Source: Candidatus Poribacteria bacterium
GTDB lineage: Bacteria > Poribacteria > WGA-4E > PCPOR2b
DNA length: 64,000 nucleotides
NCBI GenBank assembly: GCA_965208675.1
Contig: OZ242351.1
Span: forward strand, 2,336,001-2,400,000
Reading direction: 5' to 3'
Shown: piece after piece, positions 8,922-18,043 of the stretch
How the letters are laid out: every line of letters starts with the position of its first letter
Numbering within the stretch: position 1 is the stretch's first letter
Notes under the pieces: generated by a model
What the model was told of the DNA's origin: nothing
The model's database searches: none
The model's input: only the letters and a program-made list of their open reading frames with translations
Program-made: the position numbers and the translations under genes

Positions 8922-10865
8922 CTACTCCCACCACCTAACGGGGTGCCAGCCCATATTATAGGTCATAATTTTGAATGCCGCGTTCATGATGCTCCAAATA
9001 CCGCCCATAGCGTAATCTCCCAATATCAGACCTGCAAAGAACGGGATGGCTTTTCGATACGCTCGCAAGCCGCCGTACCGAAGAATTGTGAATTTTAAGC
9101 ACCAACTAATCAACACCGGCACCCAAATATAAATCATCTCTGCCGGACTCACTCCCAATACATAACCAACCGGGTGGAACGGCCACCATAGAAAGCGCAT
9201 CTTCATGGCTAATAGAAACCCCGTGATTGCCGCACCGAGTCCCATAAAACCGATCGTCGTGTAATCCGTTGTTTTTTGAAAGGTCAGCCACCATTGCAGA
9301 CGTTGTGTAAAGCTTTCCCTGCCCATGCCCCCGATTTCCGATTGATTCTCAACGCCGAAGTGGTATGAAAGCCCAAAATAAATCACAAAGGTTGCCGGAA
9401 TACCGACGGCAAAGGCAAGAATCATCGCCCATGTCAACCTTCGACGATTGATATTCGCGTTTTCACCGATTCGAAATGCCTCCAGTTGATTCGGCATCGG
9501 GTGGCCGGGCTGGTCGCGATTCAATCCGAAAAAGAAGGATAGAACCGTCAAGTTTCGGGCGCCAAAGGCTCGCGTTCCCAGTGAGGTGACCATTGTGCGT
9601 CCCGGATCCAACCAGAGCAGTTCATGCACCGGCAATCCCAGTCCGCTCCGCATCTTGGTTATCCCTAGGGCGGCACAGCAATACAGCGTTAAAAACAGTA
9701 GGATAACCCACAAAGACAGCCCCGCGTTATAAGCGAAAACGAGCAGAAAAATCACGCCCGCGAGGATGCCCAGCATTGCGGCGCGGTACGACATCGGCTC
9801 CGCCGCCTCATCTATTCCTCCCTTTCCGGTGAATATCTGCGTAAAAACGCGCTTGAGATGTCTCCGTCCAACCCACAGCGCTAGAAGCCCCAAGCCAATC
9901 CACGCTCCCTGAGCCTGCTCGTCGAGATAAAGTTCGCGCCATCCCATTGTGGCGCCCAGCGACAATTGCGTCATTTTCTTGAAAAAGTAAAAGAACCAGG
10001 CCGAAAAGGCGAGATCCAGCGGCATAAAATAGGAGAGTCCAATGACAAACGGCTGGAAAGAGATGCGCGTCCCGTGCATGTAACTCCACGGCTTTTCCTG
10101 AAAATGAAACTGCGTCCACCCGACCGGTATATAAGGGACGAACGGATAGAAAGCCTTCAAACCGTTAAAAAGGCTAATCCCGGCCGCAATTCCAAATCCG
10201 ACCCACATTAAACGATTCTTCAGAAATCCAACCGGATCCCGCCCCATCTCCAGCGGCAACCAGGTAATCGGGTAGGTAAGCCGTTCATGTTCGGAGAACT
10301 GCCGCTTGATTATCGCGTTGATACAGATGAGAATGAAGCAGAGGACAAACAGAAAGGCAGACCAGTAAAACAGCGGTCCAATCCAAGCCTTGATGTGTTG
10401 TAAGGTGAAGAACGTGTCTTCACCAAGAAAAAAGCCTCGCAGGTCATTCTCGTTTTCTACGGTGAACCAGCCCGGGATATAATGCCAGAAGAGATTACGC
10501 CAGTCGTTTTCCGCTGTGGCGTACCAGTAAGGGTGAGCAATGGGACCGAGTAGTCGAGTCATTCGATGTCCTGATATGGTCGACACCATGACGACCATGA
10601 CATAGATGACCAACAAGTCGGTGTTTTTGAATGCGGCTTTACCAACAATCTTTTTGCACAGGAGGTTCAGCAATATCAGCACAAACAGCGTAAACACCGC
10701 ATTGCTGAACAGCGACATGTACGTGTGATTTAGGCCTTTAAGGTAGTCATTGGCTGAGATCCAGTAGGAATTGACGACCACCAAAACCACGCCGATTGCC
10801 AGTGCACTCAGGGATATTCCACTCGGCGGTTGACTTCTGGTTCGCGGCAAATTTTCCAAAAACAA
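8922..10865 (-). CDS. Multi-pass membrane protein, DUF6785/DUF6784-like (putative transporter)
   Basis: 647 aa, many TM helices, ATAENDW, E+LTYPI..LP, WWPFHPVGY, RYGG..AYRKAIPFF.GLILG; paralogue at 59701-61390. Confidence 0.8.
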   Translation of the reverse strand: MFLENLPRTRSQPPSGISLSALAIGVVLVVVNSYWISANDYLKGLNHTYMSLFSNAVFTLFVLILLNLLCKKIVGKAAFKNTDLLVIYVMVVMVSTISGHRMTRLLGPIAHPYWYATAENDWRNLFWHYIPGWFTVENENDLRGFFLGEDTFFTLQHIKAWIGPLFYWSAFLFVLCFILICINAIIKRQFSEHERLTYPITWLPLEMGRDPVGFLKNRLMWVGFGIAAGISLFNGLKAFYPFVPYIPVGWTQFHFQEKPWSYMHGTRISFQPFVIGLSYFMPLDLAFSAWFFYFFKKMTQLSLGATMGWRELYLDEQAQGAWIGLGLLALWVGRRHLKRVFTQIFTGKGGIDEAAEPMSYRAAMLGILAGVIFLLVFAYNAGLSLWVILLFLTLYCCAALGITKMRSGLGLPVHELLWLDPGRTMVTSLGTRAFGARNLTVLSFFFGLNRDQPGHPMPNQLEAFRIGENANINRRRLTWAMILAFAVGIPATFVIYFGLSYHFGVENQSEIGGMGRESFTQRLQWWLTFQKTTDYTTIGFMGLGAAITGFLLAMKMRFLWWPFHPVGYVLGVSPAEMIYIWVPVLISWCLKFTILRYGGLRAYRKAIPFFAGLILGDYAMGGIWSIMNAAFKIMTYNMGWHPVRWWE

Positions 10866-10931
10866 TTCCTCACTTTAACACATGCGAACTATCGCTAAAT
10901 CCGTGTATGATTGTTCCACACTCTAGAATAC

Positions 10932-10961
10932 ATTATAAATCTATCTGATATTGGTTGTCAA
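10932..10961 (-). promoter_or_regulatory. sigma70 promoter for the DUF6785-like/AtuA operon
   Basis: TTGACA-N18-TATAAT on the minus strand. Confidence 0.65.
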
Positions 10962-11158
10962 CACACTCAACGCACAGCGTTTTCAGTTGAAAACTAGAAA
11001 TTCTTGGGACACTTTTTGCGTTGAGATAAGAAACTTACTCCGGTAATATGAGCTTGTGAACACAGTTTTGAAAACTTTAAAGTTCAACCAAACAGTGTCG
11101 CAGTTTTTTGCAAGATTAGCGCGTCCAATATCTACGCATCTATATCTAGTTTTTTCTG

Positions 11159-11187
11159 TTGACATCTCTGGTGTTTTTGATTAAGAT
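11159..11187 (+). promoter_or_regulatory. sigma70 promoter for the molybdoenzyme operon
   Basis: TTGACA-N17-TAAGAT. Confidence 0.6.
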
Positions 11188-11302
11188 AAAGCGAGTGACC
11201 AACAAGAACCGTAAAATGTGCAGCCCCGGTCGATGATCGGGATACAACTGCGCTCACCAAGTTCCATTTGTGAACCATCTATCTTGAAAGGAGATTGATG
11301 CC

Positions 11303-12178
11303 TTGCGAGCGTTTGACTATATACCCGCAAAAACTGTTGATGAGGCAGTGGCTTTGCTCGCGGAAAAGGGAGATCAGGCGAAACCGTTGAGCGGTGGTAC
11401 AGATCTCATTGTTATGGTTAGAGAAGGCAGGCGGCAGTTGGATTTGATGGTAGATGTCAAAGACATACCCGAAACCAACGTGCTTTCGTTTTCCCAGGAT
11501 TCCGGCTTACATCTTGGCGCAGCTGTGCCCTGCTATCAAATCTACGCGGATGATAAAATATCCGCTGCATATCCGGGGCTTGCAGACGCTGCCAAGATAA
11601 TCGGAGGCACCGCAATTCAAGGCAGAGCGAGCGTCGGCGGCAATTTGTGCAACGCCTCGCCCGCCGCGGATACGATTCCGCCGTTAATTGTGCTAGAAGC
11701 CGTCTGCGTCATTGCGGGGCCAAACGGGACGCGCGAAGTCCCGGCAGAACAGTTTTGCACAGGACCGGGGCAAACTGTCTTGGAAAACGGAGAATTTCTC
11801 GTATCGTTTAAAATTCCAGCACCCAAGAATCATTCAAGCTCATATTATCTTCGATTTATCCCGCGCAATGAAATGGACATCGCGGTGGTGGGCGCCGGCG
11901 CATCGGTCGTCTTGGACGCCGGGAAAACATCGTTCGTCTCAGCTCGAATCGGACTCGCTGCGGTCGCCCCAACGCCATTGTTCGCCGAGGAAGCCAGTGC
12001 GTCGCTCGCTGGCAGGGAAGTGTCCGACGAAGCGGTCAATGCAGCAGCTGAAGCGGCGCGCCACATCGCCCGACCAATCAGCGACATGCGCGGAACGATT
12101 GAACAGCGGGTTCACCTCGTTGAAGTGCTGACACGCCGCGCCTTAAATGGTGCAATTCAAAGAGTGAAGGAGTCGTGA
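11303..12178 (+). CDS. Xanthine dehydrogenase/CoxM-family FAD-binding subunit
   Basis: LSGGTDL, ASVGGNLCNASPAADT, PISDMRGT. Confidence 0.93.
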   Translation: MRAFDYIPAKTVDEAVALLAEKGDQAKPLSGGTDLIVMVREGRRQLDLMVDVKDIPETNVLSFSQDSGLHLGAAVPCYQIYADDKISAAYPGLADAAKIIGGTAIQGRASVGGNLCNASPAADTIPPLIVLEAVCVIAGPNGTREVPAEQFCTGPGQTVLENGEFLVSFKIPAPKNHSSSYYLRFIPRNEMDIAVVGAGASVVLDAGKTSFVSARIGLAAVAPTPLFAEEASASLAGREVSDEAVNAAAEAARHIARPISDMRGTIEQRVHLVEVLTRRALNGAIQRVKES

Positions 12179-12184
12179 AAATAG

Positions 12185-12673
12185 ATGCCGAAGAAAGTAC
12201 ACGTTCAAACGACAATTAACGGCGAAACTGTTGAATTTCTGTGTGAGCCTCGCCAGAGCCTGCTTGAAGTCCTTCGAGATGAACTCGGAATGACCGGCGC
12301 CAAAGAAGGTTGCAACAATGGAAACTGCGGCGCATGCAGCGTAATTCTTGATCGACGGCTGGTCAATTCCTGTATAGTGCTTGGCGTTGAAATTGAAGGG
12401 AAAACGGTGGAAACCGTTGAAGGTCTTGCCGAGCCGGGAAAACTCCATCCGATACAGGAGATTTTCTTGGAAGATGCGGCGCTTCAGTGCGGTATCTGCA
12501 CACCCGGCTTTATCGTAGCAACAAAGGCACTGCTGGACAAAAATCCTAACCCAACTGAGTACGAAGTCCGTTACTGGCTGGCAGGCAATCTATGCCGTTG
12601 TACCGGCTACGATAAGATTGTCCGCGCCGTGCTCGATTCGGCTCAAATTATGTCTTCGGAGGTAGGTGCATAA
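12185..12673 (+). CDS. Xanthine dehydrogenase/CoxS-family 2Fe-2S subunit
   Basis: GCNNGNCGAC...NSC, QCGICTPG, GNLCRCTGY. Confidence 0.95.
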   Translation: MPKKVHVQTTINGETVEFLCEPRQSLLEVLRDELGMTGAKEGCNNGNCGACSVILDRRLVNSCIVLGVEIEGKTVETVEGLAEPGKLHPIQEIFLEDAALQCGICTPGFIVATKALLDKNPNPTEYEVRYWLAGNLCRCTGYDKIVRAVLDSAQIMSSEVGA

Positions 12674-14928
12674 TGTCAGAGAAGAAAGAATATAAAGTCA
12701 TCGGCACCCGTCCTATCCGACATGATGGTGTCGATAAAGTGACAGGCCGCGCCCTCTACGGCGCAGATTTCCAAACTACCGGGCTGCTGCACGGAAAGGT
12801 TTTGCGCAGTCCCCACGCCCATGCCCGCATTAAATCCATTGACACTAGCCGCGCTGAAGCCCATCCCGATGTAAAATCGGTTGTGACTGCGGCGGACCTC
12901 CCTACGGCAGCGGACAAAATCGCCGATCTCGGTGAAGGTGCAGTCAATCTGAAATATCTGTGCGACAATATTCTCGCGAGCGACAAAGCGCTCTACACAG
13001 GGCATGCAGTCGCTGCGCTTGCGGCGAACGACCCTCACACGGCTGAAGAGGCGCTTGGACTAATTGATGTCGAATACGAGGTGTTACCGCCAGTACTTGA
13101 AGTGCGGGAAGCGATGGAAGACGATGCGCCGCTGCTGCATGAAAATCTGAAAACCGACGCGATGGGAGAAAAGTCTGAAAAGTCGAGTAATGTCGCGAGT
13201 CATTTCCAACACAAAAAGGGCGACATTGACGCAGGTTTTGCTGAAGCAGACGTTATTGTCGACCACGATTTTGTCACCGGTACCGTGCATCAAGGCTATA
13301 TCGAGCCTCACAACGCAACGGCATTGTACAATCCCGACGGGCAACTCACCATCTGGTGCAGTACGCAAGGTGCATTTGCCGTGCGTCAACAAGTATCGGA
13401 AATTCTTCAGGTCCCGGTTTCCAAGGTTAAGGTGGTGCCGATGGAGATTGGCGGCGGATTCGGCGGGAAGATTAGTGTCTACCTTGAGCCGGTTGCCGCG
13501 CTGCTGTCCAAGAAATCGGGCCGTCCTGTCAAGGTCTTGATGAACCGGGCAGAAGTTTTTGAAGCCACCGGGCCGACCCCTGCATCTTACATTCGTGTAA
13601 AGATGGGCGTCACTAATGACGGACGCATCACCGCGGCAGAGGGTTACCTGGCGTTTGAAGCTGGCGCGTACCCGGGTTCACCCGTTGGCGCGGGAGCCAT
13701 GTGTATCTTCTCCCCCTACAATATCCCCAATGGGCTGATTGACGGGTATGATGTGGTCGTCAATAAACCGAAATCTAATGCGTATCGCGCGCCCGGCGCA
13801 ACTAATGCCGAGTTCGCTGCCGAAACCGTCGTCGATGAAATCTGCGAGAAGCTTGGCATGGATCCGCTCGAATTCCGCATCCTCAACGGAGCAGAAGAGG
13901 GCGTCAGCCGCATTGACGGTCCCGTGTTCCCGCGTATCGGTTGCATCGAAGCAACTGAAGCCGCAAAGGAACATCCACACTACGAAGCGCCGCTCGAAGG
14001 GGAAAATAGAGGGCGAGGTGTGGCGTCCGGGTTCTGGTTCAATGTCGGATTGAAGTCTAGCGTCGCAATTAACGTAAACCCCGACGGTACCATTAGCCTT
14101 GTTGAGGGTTCGACCGATATCGGCGGCACGCGGGCTTCAATTGCAATGCAAGCCGCGGAGGTGCTGGGAATTCCCGCCGAATCGGTTTATCCCACGGTAG
14201 TCGATACGAATTCAGTCGGTTACACAGATGTAACCGGCGGCAGCCGAACCGCATTTGCGACGGGATACGCCGCCTATGAAGCTGCTCAGGATGTTAAGCA
14301 GCAGATGACCGAACGCGCGGCAAAATTGTGGGAGGTCGATGCCACGGAAGTGCAGTTCGCGGACGGCGATTTTATATGCGTGAACGGCAAAGATGAGCGC
14401 ATGAGTTTCACGGAGTTGGCTGCGAGGCTTGATGAAGTCGGCGGTCCGGTCACCGGGCGTGCTTCCGTTGATCCGACTGGGGTTGGCGGCGCTTTCGCCA
14501 CGCACATCGTTGATGTTGAGGTCGATCCGGATACCGGAAAGGTCGAAATCCTGCGCTACACAGCAACCCAAGACGCCGGAAAAGCCGTCCATCCCAGTTA
14601 CGTCGAAGGGCAGATGCAAGGCGGCGTCACGCAAGGGATTGGCTGGGCGTTGAATGAGGAATATATATATGACAAAGACGGTCGAATGTCCAACGCGAGT
14701 TTCCTCGATTACCGCATGCCAACCTGCCTAGATTTGCCGATGATTGACACGGTCATCGTTGAAGTTCCCAATCCGGGCCACCCGTACGGTGTACGAGGCG
14801 TAGGAGAGGTTCCAATCGTTCCGCCCCCCGCTGCGATCGCCAACGCTATCTATCGCGCTATAGGCGTTCGGATGAACGAGCTCCCAATGTCTCCCGGTCG
14901 GATACTCAAAACGATGGGGAAACTCTAA
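12673..14928 (+). CDS. Xanthine dehydrogenase-family molybdopterin-binding large subunit
   Basis: LRSPHAHARI, GGGFGGK, AYRAPG, GGSR, EGQMQGG..QGIG, GVGE. Confidence 0.95.
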   Translation: MSEKKEYKVIGTRPIRHDGVDKVTGRALYGADFQTTGLLHGKVLRSPHAHARIKSIDTSRAEAHPDVKSVVTAADLPTAADKIADLGEGAVNLKYLCDNILASDKALYTGHAVAALAANDPHTAEEALGLIDVEYEVLPPVLEVREAMEDDAPLLHENLKTDAMGEKSEKSSNVASHFQHKKGDIDAGFAEADVIVDHDFVTGTVHQGYIEPHNATALYNPDGQLTIWCSTQGAFAVRQQVSEILQVPVSKVKVVPMEIGGGFGGKISVYLEPVAALLSKKSGRPVKVLMNRAEVFEATGPTPASYIRVKMGVTNDGRITAAEGYLAFEAGAYPGSPVGAGAMCIFSPYNIPNGLIDGYDVVVNKPKSNAYRAPGATNAEFAAETVVDEICEKLGMDPLEFRILNGAEEGVSRIDGPVFPRIGCIEATEAAKEHPHYEAPLEGENRGRGVASGFWFNVGLKSSVAINVNPDGTISLVEGSTDIGGTRASIAMQAAEVLGIPAESVYPTVVDTNSVGYTDVTGGSRTAFATGYAAYEAAQDVKQQMTERAAKLWEVDATEVQFADGDFICVNGKDERMSFTELAARLDEVGGPVTGRASVDPTGVGGAFATHIVDVEVDPDTGKVEILRYTATQDAGKAVHPSYVEGQMQGGVTQGIGWALNEEYIYDKDGRMSNASFLDYRMPTCLDLPMIDTVIVEVPNPGHPYGVRGVGEVPIVPPPAAIANAIYRAIGVRMNELPMSPGRILKTMGKL

Positions 14929-14952
14929 ATTTTGGGATAGCCGAAAAAATCA

Positions 14953-14988
14953 GTGCCTGCCTCTGATTTGAGGCAATGGGGCAGGCAC
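14953..14988 (+). terminator. GC-rich hairpin after the large subunit
   Basis: GTGCCTGCC...GGCAGGCAC arms; no clear U-tract. Confidence 0.4.
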
Positions 14989-15008
14989 ACTCCCAACATC
15001 ATTCTCTT

Positions 15009-15128
15009 AGGACTTACGCAATAAGTTCAATAGTCCCCCTGATAAGGGGGATTTAGGGGGTTAGAAACATGGAAATAACGAGTTTTAAGTCCAATTTTTC
15101 CTTTTTCTGCTCAATTTGCGTAAGTCCT
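15009..15128. repeat. MITE/REP-like element with 13-bp terminal inverted repeats
   Basis: AGGACTTACGCAA ... TTGCGTAAGTCCT, with an internal CCCCCTGATAAGGGGGATTTAGGGGG hairpin. Confidence 0.75.
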
Positions 15129-15173
15129 GTCTCGGTATTTCCAATCCTCCCCGCATTCATGTAAGGCGGTACC

Positions 15174-15458
15174 ATGCCAATCGTATCAGTCCCCTCCCTC
15201 ATGCAGAATCTCACCAACGGCGCAGATAAAGTTACCGTGGACGGCGAAACACTGCGAGAAGTGATTGAAAATCTTGAAGAATCCTATCCCGGCTTCAAAG
15301 CACGCCTCTGCGACGGCAATCGGATACGGAAAAACATCTCGCTTTACATTGACGGCACCATCTCACGGGAAGGCATGCGCCAACCCGTAAAAGCCGACAC
15401 CGAAATTCACTTCCTGCCCGCAATTAGTGGTGGTTGTAGCCTCATGCCTGCCAAGTAA
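15174..15458 (+). CDS. MoaD/ThiS-family ubiquitin-like sulfur carrier
   Basis: Beta-grasp pattern V.VDGETL.EVIENLE..YPG; IHFLPAISGG followed by 7 extra residues. Confidence 0.88.
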   Translation: MPIVSVPSLMQNLTNGADKVTVDGETLREVIENLEESYPGFKARLCDGNRIRKNISLYIDGTISREGMRQPVKADTEIHFLPAISGGCSLMPAK

Positions 15459-15659
15459 AGTGAAATTGTTGCTGTCTAGGCGCAGCGCATATGGGATTAT
15501 GCTTAAGTAGCCATCCATTTTGGTTCAACAGCGCAATTCCGCCCTAATGGATTGGCAAGGTGTAGCGCATCACAACCCAAATCCCGTCCAAGTAAAGAAA
15601 CCCTTTAGAGATTTGAACCGCAATTAACAACCGCTAATCTCCAACCAAACGAGGCATTC

Positions 15660-17783
15660 ATGACACAACCGAACCGCATCGAAACGATTCTTAAAGACAG
15701 CAATTATCATCTTTCCTTGTTTAAGGAAAGAGAGATTAAAGCGTTGCGCGACAATATCTTCATCAAAACTGTTAAGGGTGAAGAGAAGCCATTCGTCAAC
15801 TGTATTGTACGGGACAAAGCGATTCAACTCAAACCGGAAGAAGTCGTCCGCCAACTATATACGACAAAGCTAATCAATGAATACAGCTATCCCAAATCCC
15901 GGTTGGCTTTTGAACACCCTGTCAACTTTGGAAGTCAGAGGAAAAGTGCTGACATTGTCATCTTTGACAAGGACCGCCCTGATTCAGCCAATATCATCGT
16001 TGAGTTGAAAAAACCTAAACTCAAAGACGGTAAAAGCCAGCTACGCTCCTACTGCAATGCCACCGGTGCGCCGATAGGTGTCTGGACAAACGGGCAGCAG
16101 ATTTCCCATTACAACCGCAGGGATCCGAATCACTTTGAAGAAATCACCGATATTCCCAAAGTGGACCAAAGTCTTCAGGACATCCTCGTTGAACACTTCA
16201 CGCTGAAAGATTTAATCCTCAAGGATAAGATTTCCAATGAGCAAAAATCCCTGAAGAATATAGTTTTGGAGATGGAGGATGAGGTGCTAGCAAATGCTGG
16301 CGTGGACGTGTTTGAGGAGATTTTTAAACTAATTTTCACCAAACTTTACGATGAATTTCAAAGCCGGTCGGACAAGGAATTTCTAAACAGATTTGTGCGG
16401 CCAGCGACTAACATAGCTATACGAGAAAATCCATACGGATATCGACAAGGGGTAGATTATGCTAGGCTTAAGGCTGCTGTCAAAAACGCTCCGGATGTTG
16501 GCTTCCGGCCGATGGAATTCCGAAATACAGGGCAGACAGATACAGAACTCAAACACAAAATACAGAACTTGTTCAATCAGGCAAAAGACGAGTGGCCGGG
16601 CGTTTTTTCCGATGATGACACTTTTGAACTTTCCGACAGCCATCTCGCTATCTGTGTATCCAGTTTGCAGGACATTAAATTGTTCAACTCCAATCTGCTG
16701 GTGGTGGACGAAGCCTTCGAATATTTGGTAAACAAATCCGCAAAAGGGGAAAAAGGGCAATATTTTACACCTAGGCACGTTATTGATATGTGCGTTCAGA
16801 TGCTGAAACCCAAGCCCGGCGAATATATGATCGATACTGCTGCCGGTAGCTGCGGATTTCCGGTGCATACAATCTTCAAACTAACGGGGCATTTGTTCAG
16901 TAACCTCGAAATACCGCCCAAGGAGAAAGAGAACATCCTAAAAGTGTTTGGCATCGACTTCGATGAAAAGACAGTCAGGGTTGCCAGAACATTGAACCTG
17001 ATCGCCGGTGATGGCGAAACCAACGTTCTACACCTGAACACACTTGATTTTGTGCACTGGAGTGACCGGACTGAGCGGGATAGAAAATGGATCAACACCT
17101 ACGGTAGGGGGTTTGAACGGTTGGAACGACTCAGGGCGGAAAAAGAGGACAATAAGCAGTTCAACTTTGACATTCTGATGGCAAATCCGCCGTTTGCCGG
17201 AGACATCAAAGAGAGCCAACTATTGCATCAATATCAACTAGGTTTCAAGGCAAACGGTGCGGCACAGAGTAAAGTTGGGCGTGACATCTTGTTTATCGAG
17301 CGCAATCTGGACTTTCTCAAACCTGGCGGACGTATGGCGATTGTGCTTCCGCAGGGCAGATTCAACAATACATCCGACAAACATATCCGTGATTTTATCG
17401 CCGAGCGAGGGCGTATCTTGGCGGTCGTTGGATTACATGGCAACACTTTCAAACCCCACACCAGCACGAAGACCAGCGTCCTTTTTGTGCAGAAGTGGGA
17501 TGATGAACTGTGCCCAAAATTGGACGACTATCCGATTTTCTTTGCCGTGAGCGAAAAGGCGGGCAAAAACAAATCGGGAGATTATGTCTATGTCAAGAAT
17601 AGCAATGGGCAGTATGAACTAGACAAAAACGGTCATCTGATTGTTGAACACGATTTGCATAGCCATGAGGGGCAATTAGAAGATGGCATCGCTGAAGCCT
17701 TTATCGAGTGGGCGAAGGAGGAAAAATTGAGTTTTTGGACGGATGCAGAAGATGGCGCAATGACAGAGCGACGCAAAGCATAG
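15660..17783 (+). CDS. Fused restriction endonuclease/N6-adenine methyltransferase (type IIB/IIG or type I-like R-M subunit)
   Basis: N-terminal HsdR_N-like PD-(D/E)xK (ADIVIFD...IVELKK), GQYFTPRHVI, motif I DTAAGSCGF, motif IV NPPF, LKPGGRMAIVLP. Confidence 0.92.
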   Translation: MTQPNRIETILKDSNYHLSLFKEREIKALRDNIFIKTVKGEEKPFVNCIVRDKAIQLKPEEVVRQLYTTKLINEYSYPKSRLAFEHPVNFGSQRKSADIVIFDKDRPDSANIIVELKKPKLKDGKSQLRSYCNATGAPIGVWTNGQQISHYNRRDPNHFEEITDIPKVDQSLQDILVEHFTLKDLILKDKISNEQKSLKNIVLEMEDEVLANAGVDVFEEIFKLIFTKLYDEFQSRSDKEFLNRFVRPATNIAIRENPYGYRQGVDYARLKAAVKNAPDVGFRPMEFRNTGQTDTELKHKIQNLFNQAKDEWPGVFSDDDTFELSDSHLAICVSSLQDIKLFNSNLLVVDEAFEYLVNKSAKGEKGQYFTPRHVIDMCVQMLKPKPGEYMIDTAAGSCGFPVHTIFKLTGHLFSNLEIPPKEKENILKVFGIDFDEKTVRVARTLNLIAGDGETNVLHLNTLDFVHWSDRTERDRKWINTYGRGFERLERLRAEKEDNKQFNFDILMANPPFAGDIKESQLLHQYQLGFKANGAAQSKVGRDILFIERNLDFLKPGGRMAIVLPQGRFNNTSDKHIRDFIAERGRILAVVGLHGNTFKPHTSTKTSVLFVQKWDDELCPKLDDYPIFFAVSEKAGKNKSGDYVYVKNSNGQYELDKNGHLIVEHDLHSHEGQLEDGIAEAFIEWAKEEKLSFWTDAEDGAMTERRKA

Positions 17784-17969
17784 GAGGCTTTTATTGCTAA
17801 CAATAGCAAAAGAAAGATATATGTCAACCCCGAGGTTAGATGTCTCCCGGTTATCGGATGAAATGGACGATATGGAAAAAGAAATACAGTAATAGGCAGA
17901 CTCCGTATGCCGTAAACCTTATGCAAATTACGGCACTCCAGCATCACCTAAAACTTGATTGTAATCATC

Positions 17970-17997
17970 GTAGGGAACAACAATCGTTGTTCCCTAC
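17970..17997. repeat. GTAG-type REP palindrome, copy 1
   Basis: GTAGGGAACAAC-AATC-GTTGTTCCCTAC, perfect 12-bp stem. Confidence 0.85.
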
Positions 17998-18043
17998 ACT
18001 GCGTAAGCTCTCAGACTGTGATTGATACAACATTTCCGGAAAG

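Noticed and set aside
11303-14928. Aerobic CO dehydrogenase coxMSL
   Set aside because: The active-site loop is AYRAPG, not AYxCSFR; no coxDEFG genes.
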